This document shows positions 44,486 to 52,352 of a stretch of 64,000 nucleotides of DNA, piece after piece (the stretch's first letter is position 1; every line of letters starts with the position of its first letter). The position numbers and the translations under genes are program-made. Below the pieces are notes generated by a model. The model worked only from the letters and a program-made list of their open reading frames with translations, searched no databases and had not been told where the DNA came from. Source of the DNA: Rhabdothermincola salaria (GTDB lineage: Bacteria > Actinomycetota > Acidimicrobiia > Acidimicrobiales > Acidimicrobilacustridaceae). The stretch is taken from positions 1,630,168 to 1,694,167 of the forward strand of contig NZ_JAJQXW010000001.1 in assembly GCF_021246445.1 (NCBI RefSeq). The letters run 5' to 3'.

Positions 44486-45760
44486 CTACCCGGGGAGCTC
44501 GACGGCGATCACGGCCACGTCGTCGTCGAGGGCGCCCCCATGACGCTCCTCGATGGCCGTGAGCAGCGCATCGAGGGCCCGCTCGTCGAGTGCCCGACGC
44601 GCGCCGGCCGCCTCGGCGACGAGGTGGCGGACCAGATCCGACGCCCCCTCGAGACCGAGCCGCTCGACCGAACCCGGCTCGGCCCGCCCCTCGACCAGCC
44701 CGTCGGTGTAGGCGAGCACGATGGACGAGGCCGGGAACTGGTGGATCTGCTCGGCCCAGTGCAGCCCCTCCCAGAGGCCCAACGGCGGCCCCGCGTCGCT
44801 GTCGACGACGGAGACGTCGTGGTCCGAGATCACGAACGGTCCGGGGTGCCCCGCCAGGACCATCCCGACCCGCCCCTCGCCGAGCAGCCGGAAGCTGGCC
44901 ACGGTCGTGAACTGGCCGAGCTCGAGCGCCTCGACGGCCATGAGGTCGTTGAGGTGGCCCATGACCTCCTCGGGCGGGAGGCCGGCGCGGACCAGCGCCC
45001 GCCACGCCACCCGCAACACCACGCCGATGGCGGCTTCGTCGGGTCCGTGCCCGCACACGTCGCCGACGACGACGTGCACGACGCCGTCGTACTCGACCAC
45101 GTCGTAGAAGTCGCCCCCGATGCGCAGCCGATTGCTGCCGGGCCGGTACCGGCTGGCCCATCGCAGTCCATGGTGCTGCTCGAGCAGCGGCTTGGGGAGC
45201 AGCCCCCGTTCGAGGCGCACGTTCTCCTCGTGGAGGTAGTGCTCCTCCAGCAGCAGTCGCGCCGCCTCGTCGGCCCGGCACCTCTCGACGGCGTAGCGCA
45301 CGGCCCGCCGCAGGTCCTCGGCCTGCACCTTGCCCTTGACCAGGTAGTCCTGGGCCCCGGCGGCCACCGCGGCCAGGCCCTTGGCGTCGTCGGCGAGGCC
45401 GGTGAGCACCACCACCGGATCGCGAGGGGCGGCGCGGCGCACCGCCTGCAGGGCGTCGAGCCCCTCGGCGTCGGGCAGCCCGAGGTCGACGAGCGCGCAC
45501 CACGTCGAGCCGGGTCGATGGGCGTCGAGGTGGGCGACGGCCTCGGCCACGTCGCGGGCCCGATCGATCTCGACCCCGTCGGGGAAGGCCTCCTCGAGGA
45601 GCACCTCGACGAGCAGGGCGTCGCCGTCGTCGTCCTCGACGAGCAGGATCCGGGGTGCTTCGAGCGGGTGGGGCTCGGTGGGCGTCATGCGGTGGGCCTC
45701 GTCGGGGGTCCGTCGTTCGGGATCGTTCGCGCCCCACTCCCCGTCGTCAGAGTCTGGCAT
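44486..45760 (-). CDS. Receiver domain-PP2C/SpoIIE phosphatase fusion
   Basis: ILLVEDD...DLGLPD; GGDFYD, GDVCGHG, AGHP, YTDGL, DDVAV; start uncertain. Confidence 0.92.
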   Translation of the reverse strand: MPDSDDGEWGANDPERRTPDEAHRMTPTEPHPLEAPRILLVEDDDGDALLVEVLLEEAFPDGVEIDRARDVAEAVAHLDAHRPGSTWCALVDLGLPDAEGLDALQAVRRAAPRDPVVVLTGLADDAKGLAAVAAGAQDYLVKGKVQAEDLRRAVRYAVERCRADEAARLLLEEHYLHEENVRLERGLLPKPLLEQHHGLRWASRYRPGSNRLRIGGDFYDVVEYDGVVHVVVGDVCGHGPDEAAIGVVLRVAWRALVRAGLPPEEVMGHLNDLMAVEALELGQFTTVASFRLLGEGRVGMVLAGHPGPFVISDHDVSVVDSDAGPPLGLWEGLHWAEQIHQFPASSIVLAYTDGLVEGRAEPGSVERLGLEGASDLVRHLVAEAAGARRALDERALDALLTAIEERHGGALDDDVAVIAVELPG

Positions 45761-45778
45761 GTCGCGGCGGCCGTCCCC

Positions 45779-46636
45779 TCAGATGTCGAGCAGTGGTGAG
45801 GCCCACTGGCCGGCGGCCCACAGGGCTGCGACGTAGAAGACGGCGGTGAGCGCGAGGGCCGCGGCGGCCCCCACCCAGGGGCGGGGCACGGCGCGATCGA
45901 CGGCGAAGACGACGGCCCCGGCGATCAAGCCGCCGACCAGACCGCCCACGTGCCCACCGACGGAGATGTTCGGCACCAGGAAGGTGATGAGCAGGTTGAT
46001 GAGCACCAGGCCGCCGATGCCGCTGCGCCACACGTCGATGCCGTCGCGGCGTTGGGCCACCATCGCCGCACCCATGAGGCCGAACACGGCACCCGACGCG
46101 CCCAACGTGGGCGAGGTCGGCGACACCAGCAACACCCCGAAGCTGCCGGCCACGAGACCGGCGAAGTACAAGGTGACGAACCGGAGCCGCCCGAGGAGCG
46201 GTTCGAGCATCTGGCCCAGGATCCACAGGATGAGCATGTTCATCCCGAGGTGCAGGAGGCCTGCGTGCAGGAACCCTCCCGTCACCACCCGCCACCAGTC
46301 GCCCGATGCCACGAACGGGCCGAAGATGACTCCCTCGCGGTAGACGTCGCCACCGGCTCCCCACAGCGAACCGCCGGTGAGGGCCATGGCCACGAAGGCC
46401 ACCACGTTGAGCCCGATGAGCACCTGGGTGGCGAGCGGGCGACCCGGCGCCAGGTCGCTCGCAGTCATCGAGCGGGACCGGGACGCGCCTTCGCGCACGC
46501 ACTCGGGGCACTGGAAGCCGACCGAGGCCTGCGTCATGCAGCTCGGGCAGATGGGTCGGCCACACCGCTGGCAGGCGACCCCCGCCCGGCGGTCGCCGTG
46601 GCGGTAGCAGGTGGTGATCGGGGTCGGGGCGGTCAC
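45779..46636 (-). CDS. Rhomboid intramembrane serine protease with N-terminal zinc finger
   Basis: CYRH...CQRCGRPICPSCM...CPEC, WWR, HLGMNM, GASG, GHVGG. Confidence 0.95.
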   Translation of the reverse strand: MTAPTPITTCYRHGDRRAGVACQRCGRPICPSCMTQASVGFQCPECVREGASRSRSMTASDLAPGRPLATQVLIGLNVVAFVAMALTGGSLWGAGGDVYREGVIFGPFVASGDWWRVVTGGFLHAGLLHLGMNMLILWILGQMLEPLLGRLRFVTLYFAGLVAGSFGVLLVSPTSPTLGASGAVFGLMGAAMVAQRRDGIDVWRSGIGGLVLINLLITFLVPNISVGGHVGGLVGGLIAGAVVFAVDRAVPRPWVGAAAALALTAVFYVAALWAAGQWASPLLDI

Positions 46637-46706
46637 GGGTTCGACGCTACCGAGCGGGTACCCCCGTGCGGCAGGCACCCACCTGCGCAGGGGGCGGTCG
46701 TTCGCC

Positions 46707-47483
46707 TCACCGGCCGGTGAAGGTGGCCTGGCCGGGCCCGTTCTCCAGGAACGACGCCACCCCGATGCGGGCGTCGTCGGTGGCGAAGACCTCCACGAAC
46801 AGGTCCTGTTCGAGCCGCAGCCCGGTGGCCAGGTCGGTGTCGAGGCCGCGGTCGATGGCCTGCTTGGCCAGGGCCTGGGCGGCGAGCGGCCCCCGGGCGT
46901 AGGTGGCGGCGAGGTCGAGGGACCGGGCCAGGAGGGCGTCGGCCGGCACGACCTCGTCGACGAGCCCGATCGCGAGCGCGTCGTCGGCGCGGACCTGTCG
47001 GCCCGAGAGGACGAGATCCTTGGCCCGGGCCGGTCCGACGAGGCGGGCCAGGCGCTGGGTGCCGCCTCCGCCCGGGATGATGCCCAGCAGGATCTCGGGC
47101 TGGCCGAAGCGGGCGGTGTCGGCGGCCAGGCGGAAGTCGCACGCCAACGCCAGCTCGCAGCCACCGCCGAGCGCGGGGCCGGCCACGGCGGCGATGGTGA
47201 CGCGGGGGATGGCCGCCACCGCCTCGAGGGCCGAGAGGAAACGCGCCCCGATGGCCCGGGCCTCGTCGGGTCCGGCGAACTCGGAGATGTCGGCCCCGGC
47301 GGCGAAGATGCGGTCGTTCCCGGCCACCACCACCGCACCGGGAGGGTCGTCGGTGAGTTGGCCGGCCAGCACCTCGAGCTGGCGCAACACCTCGGTGGAC
47401 AGCGAGTTCACCTTGCCGTTGCGGAGCTGCACCAGGGCGACGCCATCGTCGCGACGGTCGAGGGTCACCAGGGGCTCTGACAT
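46707..47483 (-). CDS. Enoyl-CoA hydratase/isomerase
   Basis: FAAGADI, ALGGGCELA, GQPEILLGIIPGGGGTQRL. Confidence 0.95.
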   Translation of the reverse strand: MSEPLVTLDRRDDGVALVQLRNGKVNSLSTEVLRQLEVLAGQLTDDPPGAVVVAGNDRIFAAGADISEFAGPDEARAIGARFLSALEAVAAIPRVTIAAVAGPALGGGCELALACDFRLAADTARFGQPEILLGIIPGGGGTQRLARLVGPARAKDLVLSGRQVRADDALAIGLVDEVVPADALLARSLDLAATYARGPLAAQALAKQAIDRGLDTDLATGLRLEQDLFVEVFATDDARIGVASFLENGPGQATFTGR

Positions 47484-47605
47484 GGCCGACGACCCTACCG
47501 CCGCACCGGGTGACCCCACGCGCCGAGCATCCGGGCACCCCGATGGCCGTGTTGGCAGACTCTGATCAGATGGCGGACCGGCCGCCCGAGGGGGAGGACA
47601 CCACG

Positions 47606-47995
47606 ATGCTGCAGGACTTCAAGGACTTCATCATGCGGGGCAACGTGATCGACCTCGCCGTGGCGTTCATCATCGGTGTCGCCTTCACCGCGGTGATCAC
47701 CAGCCTCACCGACGACATCCTGATGCAGATCGTGGCCGCCATCCTCGGCGAGCCCGACTTCAGCAGCCTCACGATCGGTCTGGGGGACGCAGAGATCTAC
47801 TACGGCAGCTTCCTGACCGCAGTGGTCAACTTCCTCATCATCGCGGCGGTGCTGTTCGCGGTCATCAAGGCCATGAGCGCCGTGAGCAACCTGCGCAAGC
47901 GCGAGGAGGGCGAGGCGGAGGTGGTGCTCACCGAGCTCGACCTGCTCGCCGAGATCCGCGACGCGCTCCGCGAGGGCAAGGGCCCCCAGGCCTGA
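47606..47995 (+). CDS. mscL: Large-conductance mechanosensitive channel
   Basis: FKDFIMRGNVIDLAVAFIIG, YGSFLTAVVNF, LLAEIRDAL. Confidence 0.97.
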   Translation: MLQDFKDFIMRGNVIDLAVAFIIGVAFTAVITSLTDDILMQIVAAILGEPDFSSLTIGLGDAEIYYGSFLTAVVNFLIIAAVLFAVIKAMSAVSNLRKREEGEAEVVLTELDLLAEIRDALREGKGPQA

Positions 47996-47998
47996 GCC

Positions 47999-48856
47999 TC
48001 AGCGGATGACGGCCTGGGCCTGGCGGACCACCACGTCGATGGTCGTCTGCCGGCTCAGGCCCTCCAGCTCGCCGCCGGCACCAGTGCTCGCCGACCAGCT
48101 CACCTCGTAGCCCACCGTCACCGTCACGGGGTAGCGGCCACCGGGCGCGCCGGCGCTGGCCCGGGTGTACACGTGGGTGCAGGCGCTCGACTGCTCCTCG
48201 GGTGCCCGTCCCGGGTCGTAGGCCACCCCGGCGTCGCAGGTGAGCGTGGTGCCGTCGCCCATGTCCCAGGTGACCTGCACCGGTTGGGCGGTGACGGTGG
48301 ACGACACGGCCCCGATGGCCGCGGTCGCCGACGACGGCGCCCAGGCGTCGGCCAACCACAGCCAGGTGGCCACGCCCACCAGCTGTTCGCCGGGAGGGTT
48401 CAGCGCCGGCTGGGGCAGGGGCAGGTCGAGGCGCCGACGGGCCTCGTCGAGCGCCCGCTCGGCCGCGGCGATGCCCGCCAGCGGATCTCCCGGGTCGAAA
48501 CGGGTGGGCCGGTTGAGCACCATCTGGTCGGCGGCGTCGAAGCAGGCCAGCACGTAGGCCTCGCCGGCCACCGGGTCGATCGGACCGAGGTCGTAGCGGA
48601 TCGGATGGGCCTCGGACTCCGACGGCTTGGCCTCCACCTGGTAGTAGCCGCACCGCCACCGCGGCCGCCCGCCTCCGGTGCCGCCCTCCCACGACGCGAT
48701 CGTCCCCGACGACCCCACCACCACCACCGCCTCCGGCGACCCGTTCGTAACCCCTGCCCCCGGCAGCACAACGTCATCGCCTCTGTCGGCTCGAGCGACA
48801 TCAGCAGATGCGAGCAACAGCACGACAACACTCAGTGACGCTGCTAGGGAGCGCAA
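47999..48856 (-). CDS. Secreted Cys-containing protein with PKD-like C-terminal domain (actinobacterial family often mislabelled 'ATP/GTP-binding protein')
   Basis: Signal peptide; LVGVATWLW, VTWDMGDGTTLTC, CTHVYTRAS, YPVTVTV; no Walker A motif. Confidence 0.75.
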   Translation of the reverse strand: MRSLAASLSVVVLLLASADVARADRGDDVVLPGAGVTNGSPEAVVVVGSSGTIASWEGGTGGGRPRWRCGYYQVEAKPSESEAHPIRYDLGPIDPVAGEAYVLACFDAADQMVLNRPTRFDPGDPLAGIAAAERALDEARRRLDLPLPQPALNPPGEQLVGVATWLWLADAWAPSSATAAIGAVSSTVTAQPVQVTWDMGDGTTLTCDAGVAYDPGRAPEEQSSACTHVYTRASAGAPGGRYPVTVTVGYEVSWSASTGAGGELEGLSRQTTIDVVVRQAQAVIR

Positions 48857-49467
48857 CCGTCAACCCCTTCTGACCGAGAGGTGTACTCGTTGCTGACAAC
48901 CCGCCATCCGTCACCGACGAGACGCACCGTCGCCCGAGTCCAACCAGATGTGACCCGGTCGTTGAGCACCAGTCCGCTCGCTCGGTCAAACACGACGGCA
49001 TCATCGACAACGCAGGCCATCACGGTCGCTTCTTCACCAACTACTTCCACTTCCACATTTGAGACTGACGACAGTGAGCCCTCAGGCAGGCGAATTGCTT
49101 GCCCTGTCTCCAATCGATTCGCCACCTGCTCGGTGACGTGAGCCAACATCGGATCTGCCATCGACTCCGCCAGCGCAGGCGAACCAGGGTCTGGGGGGTT
49201 GTTCGCTGTGATCGTTGCGTCCCAGAAGGCTCGGTAGACGGCTTCGATCTCCGCCTCCGGGGTGGGGGCTTCGGTGGTGGTGGGGGTGGAGGTGGTGGTG
49301 GACGACGGGGGCGCCTCGGTGGTGGTCGAGGTGGCGGGGGCGGCCGAGCCCGAGCTGCCGCAGGCCGCCAGCAGGAGCCCGGCGAGGAGCGCCAACCCCG
49401 CGAAGGTGGGGGCGGGACGGGGTGATCGGGGCGCGCCGGGGGCGCGCGAGGTGCAGGTCGGGTCCAT
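48844..49467 (-). CDS. Lipoprotein with Thr-rich linker and NTF2-like domain
   Basis: Lipobox LAAC, poly-Thr/Pro linker, ATVMACVVD, GWRV, C-terminal Cys; overlaps the next gene by 13 nt. Confidence 0.8.
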   Translation of the reverse strand: MDPTCTSRAPGAPRSPRPAPTFAGLALLAGLLLAACGSSGSAAPATSTTTEAPPSSTTTSTPTTTEAPTPEAEIEAVYRAFWDATITANNPPDPGSPALAESMADPMLAHVTEQVANRLETGQAIRLPEGSLSSVSNVEVEVVGEEATVMACVVDDAVVFDRASGLVLNDRVTSGWTRATVRLVGDGWRVVSNEYTSRSEGVDGCAP

Positions 49468-49532
49468 GGGTGGTCCTGTCGTCCGCTCGACGGGGCCGAG
49501 GGTGTCCAGGAACCCCTCGGCGATGCGATGGC

Positions 49533-49561
49533 ACGGTAAACAAGGTTCGTCGGCTCCACAA
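49533..49561 (-). promoter_or_regulatory. Sigma-70-type promoter of the lipoprotein pair
   Basis: TTGTGG-N17-TACCGT on the minus strand. Confidence 0.5.
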
Positions 49562-49659
49562 GGGCACCCCCCGGGCCGGGCGCCGCATTCGGGCCGTTCG
49601 ACCCATGCGCGTCCGCGAACCGTCGACCGGCCCGGCCGGCGAGCGCAGGAACGGGGGCG

Positions 49660-50670
49660 CTACAGCTCGGCGAGGAGGCGGTCGGCTGCCGACCACGGGT
49701 CGAGCCGGCGGGCCACCACCTCGTCGCGGAGGCCGTCGAAGAACGCCCCCGAACCGAGTGCGGCGGCTTCCTCCATGAGGCGGGCCACCACGATGCGGTG
49801 CAGCTCGGCCCCCGACCGCCGAGCCCGACGCCGCTCGACCTCCCCGCTCGCCTGCCCCCACTCGCGGTGGCGGGCCAGCGTGCCCCAGAGCTCAGCGACC
49901 CCCTGGCCGGTGGTGGCCACCGTCTCCACGATCGGGGGCACCCACGGCCCCGGACCGCTGGCAGAGCCCGACGAGCCAGCAGGACCCCGACCGCCATCCG
50001 AGCCACCCCGATCAGCCAGCGCCAGCATCGACTCCAGGTCCCGACGGGTGTCGGCGGCCCCCGGCCGGTCGGCCTTGTTGATCACGAACACGTCGGCGAT
50101 CTCCATGAGACCCGCCTTGTTGGCCTGGACGGCGTCGCCCCACCCCGGGTTCACCACCACCACGGTGGTGTCGGCCTCGCCGGCCACCTCCACCTCGACC
50201 TGGCCGACGCCCACGGTCTCGAGCACCACCCAGGGCCAGCCCGCCGCATCGAGGACCCGCACCGCGGCCGGGGCAGTCAGCGACAGCCCGCCCAGATGGC
50301 CACGGGTGGCCATGGACCGGATGAACACCCCGTCGTCGAGGGCATGTTCGCCCATGCGCACGCGATCGCCCAGGATGGCGCCGCCCGTGAACGGCGACGA
50401 GGGATCGATGGCCAACACCGCCATGCGCTCGCCCGCCCGGCGCGCCTCGCCCACCAGGGCCGACACCAGCGTCGACTTGCCGGCCCCCGGCGAACCGGTG
50501 ATGCCCACGGTCGTGGCTGCCCCTCCCACGGGGTGCACCGCCCGGCTCACCTCCCGGGCACCGTCGCCGCCGCGCTCGACCGTCGACAGCAAGCGGGCCA
50601 GGGCACCGCGATCGCCGCCACGGGCCGCGTCGAGCAACTCGGCCGGGGATCGGGACGGGGGGCGGGCCAC
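49660..50670 (-). CDS. meaB: Methylmalonyl-CoA mutase-associated GTPase
   Basis: GITGSPGAGKST, DPSSPFTGGAILGDRVRM, ETVGVGQ, NKAD. Confidence 0.93.
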   Translation of the reverse strand: MARPPSRSPAELLDAARGGDRGALARLLSTVERGGDGAREVSRAVHPVGGAATTVGITGSPGAGKSTLVSALVGEARRAGERMAVLAIDPSSPFTGGAILGDRVRMGEHALDDGVFIRSMATRGHLGGLSLTAPAAVRVLDAAGWPWVVLETVGVGQVEVEVAGEADTTVVVVNPGWGDAVQANKAGLMEIADVFVINKADRPGAADTRRDLESMLALADRGGSDGGRGPAGSSGSASGPGPWVPPIVETVATTGQGVAELWGTLARHREWGQASGEVERRRARRSGAELHRIVVARLMEEAAALGSGAFFDGLRDEVVARRLDPWSAADRLLAEL

Positions 50671-50728
50671 GGCCCGGAGCCTAACGACGGCGACTCGGCC
50701 GCCCTGCGACCGTCAGGAGGTCTGGGTC

Positions 50729-50995
50729 CTACAACGAGACGGCGGTCTCGCCGATCTCCTGGGCCGTCTCCCCCGAGTTGATCACCTCGGTGACCCCCGG
50801 GACCCGGTCCATGAGGATGCGTTCGAGGCCGGCCTTGAGGGTGACGGTGGAAGCCGGACAGGTCACGCAGGCGCCGACCAGCTCCACGGTGACCACACCG
50901 CTCTCCTCGTCGACGTCATGGAGGATGACGTCGCCGTTGTCGGCCTGGATCGCCGGTCGGATGACGGTGATGACCTCTTCGACCTTGTCGCGCAC
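50729..50995 (-). CDS. NifU/Nfu-like Fe-S carrier
   Basis: IRPAIQADNGDV, GACVTCP; start placed after a TACACT -10. Confidence 0.92.
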   Translation of the reverse strand: MRDKVEEVITVIRPAIQADNGDVILHDVDEESGVVTVELVGACVTCPASTVTLKAGLERILMDRVPGVTEVINSGETAQEIGETAVSL

Positions 50996-51090
50996 GTCAC
51001 CGAGTGTAGGGAACCGGCGGAGCGCTCCACACCGTCGCCGTTGAACCGGCACTCCAGCCACCCGGCCGCACCGTCGCCCGCCGTGCGGCG

Positions 51091-52341
51091 TCAGCCCCGG
51101 TCGACGGACGCCCCGATGGCGCGGAGCTTCTCGACGAAGAGCTCGTAGCCACGGTCGATGTGGTCGGCCCCCGCCACGACCGTCTCACCCTCGGCCCGCA
51201 GTCCCGCCACCACCAGCGCCGCGCCGGCCCGGATGTCGGGGGCCCGCACCGGCGCTCCGGAGAGCTGCTCGACGCCGCGGATCACGGCGTGGTGGCCTTC
51301 GGTGCGGATGTCGGCACCCATGCGCACCAGCTCGTCGACGTAGCGGAAGCGACCCGAGAACAGGTTCTCGGTGACGATCCCCACCCCGTCGGCGGTGGCC
51401 AGCATGGCCACCAGCAGGGGCTTGTAGTCGGTGGCCACCCCCGGGTAGGGCAGGGTCGACACGTCGGTGGCGAGCAACCGCCCCGGGGCCATGGCCCACA
51501 GGCCATCGGCGGTCGGCGAGATGCGCATCCCCATCTCGCCGAGCTTGGCGATGAGCATGTCCATGTGGTCGGCCCGGGCGCCGGTGAGGGTGATCTCGCC
51601 GCCGGCGATGCCCACCGCCGCGAGGAAGGTGGCCGCCTCGATGCGGTCGGGCACGACCCGGTGCTCGACCGCGGACAGCTCGTCGACGCCTTCCACCTCG
51701 ATGGTGGAGCTGCCGGCTCCGAGGATCTGGGCGCCCATCCGGGTCAGGAAGGAGGCCAGGTCGGCGATCTCGGGCTCCCGGGCGGCGTTGTCGATCACGG
51801 TGGTGCCCTTGGCCAGCACCGCCGCCATGAGCGCGTTCTCGGTGGCTCCCACGCTCGGGAACTCGAGCAGGATGCGGGTGCCCACCAGGCGCTCGGCTCG
51901 GGCCTCGATGTAGCCGTGCGCCGTCTCGAACGTGGCGCCGAGCTGCTCGAGGGCCCGCAGGTGCATGTCGATGGGACGGGGACCGAAGTCGTCGCCACCG
52001 GGCAGGGCGACTCGGGCCCGCCCGTAGCGGGCCACCAGCGGACCCATCACGACGATCGAGGCCCGCATCCGCTCGACCAGCTCGTAGGGCGCCTCGGGCA
52101 CCAGCCCGTCGTGGTGCTCGATGACGAGCCCGTGGTCGCCCGACGCGGTGACGGTCATGCCCATGGAGCCCAGCAGCTCGCCCATGCAGTCGACGTCGGT
52201 GATGCGGGGCACGTTGGTGAGCTCGTAGCGCCCCTCGGCCAGCGCCGTGGCCGCCATCAACTTGAGCACCGAGTTCTTGGCCCCTGCGATGGGCACGGTT
52301 CCGGACAGGGGTCCGCTGCGATGCACGATGATGCGGTCCAC
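51091..52341 (-). CDS. murA: UDP-N-acetylglucosamine 1-carboxyvinyltransferase
   Basis: GAKNS, MRAS, LPGGDDFGPRPID, SVGATEN, NAAREPE, DRIEA, DIRAG. Confidence 0.98.
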   Translation of the reverse strand: MDRIIVHRSGPLSGTVPIAGAKNSVLKLMAATALAEGRYELTNVPRITDVDCMGELLGSMGMTVTASGDHGLVIEHHDGLVPEAPYELVERMRASIVVMGPLVARYGRARVALPGGDDFGPRPIDMHLRALEQLGATFETAHGYIEARAERLVGTRILLEFPSVGATENALMAAVLAKGTTVIDNAAREPEIADLASFLTRMGAQILGAGSSTIEVEGVDELSAVEHRVVPDRIEAATFLAAVGIAGGEITLTGARADHMDMLIAKLGEMGMRISPTADGLWAMAPGRLLATDVSTLPYPGVATDYKPLLVAMLATADGVGIVTENLFSGRFRYVDELVRMGADIRTEGHHAVIRGVEQLSGAPVRAPDIRAGAALVVAGLRAEGETVVAGADHIDRGYELFVEKLRAIGASVDRG

Positions 52342-52352
52342 GGCGGCCCAGT

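Noticed and set aside
46707..46730. Enoyl-CoA hydratase ends ATFTGR, similar to the PRFTG tail
   Set aside because: This is the usual crotonase C-terminal F-x-G-R motif on a cytoplasmic enzyme, with no signal peptide or spacer.
48749..49245. Low-GC block as an IS, prophage remnant or DGR target
   Set aside because: No transposase, integrase, reverse transcriptase, terminal repeats or template repeat in the window, and the host reading frames run through it.
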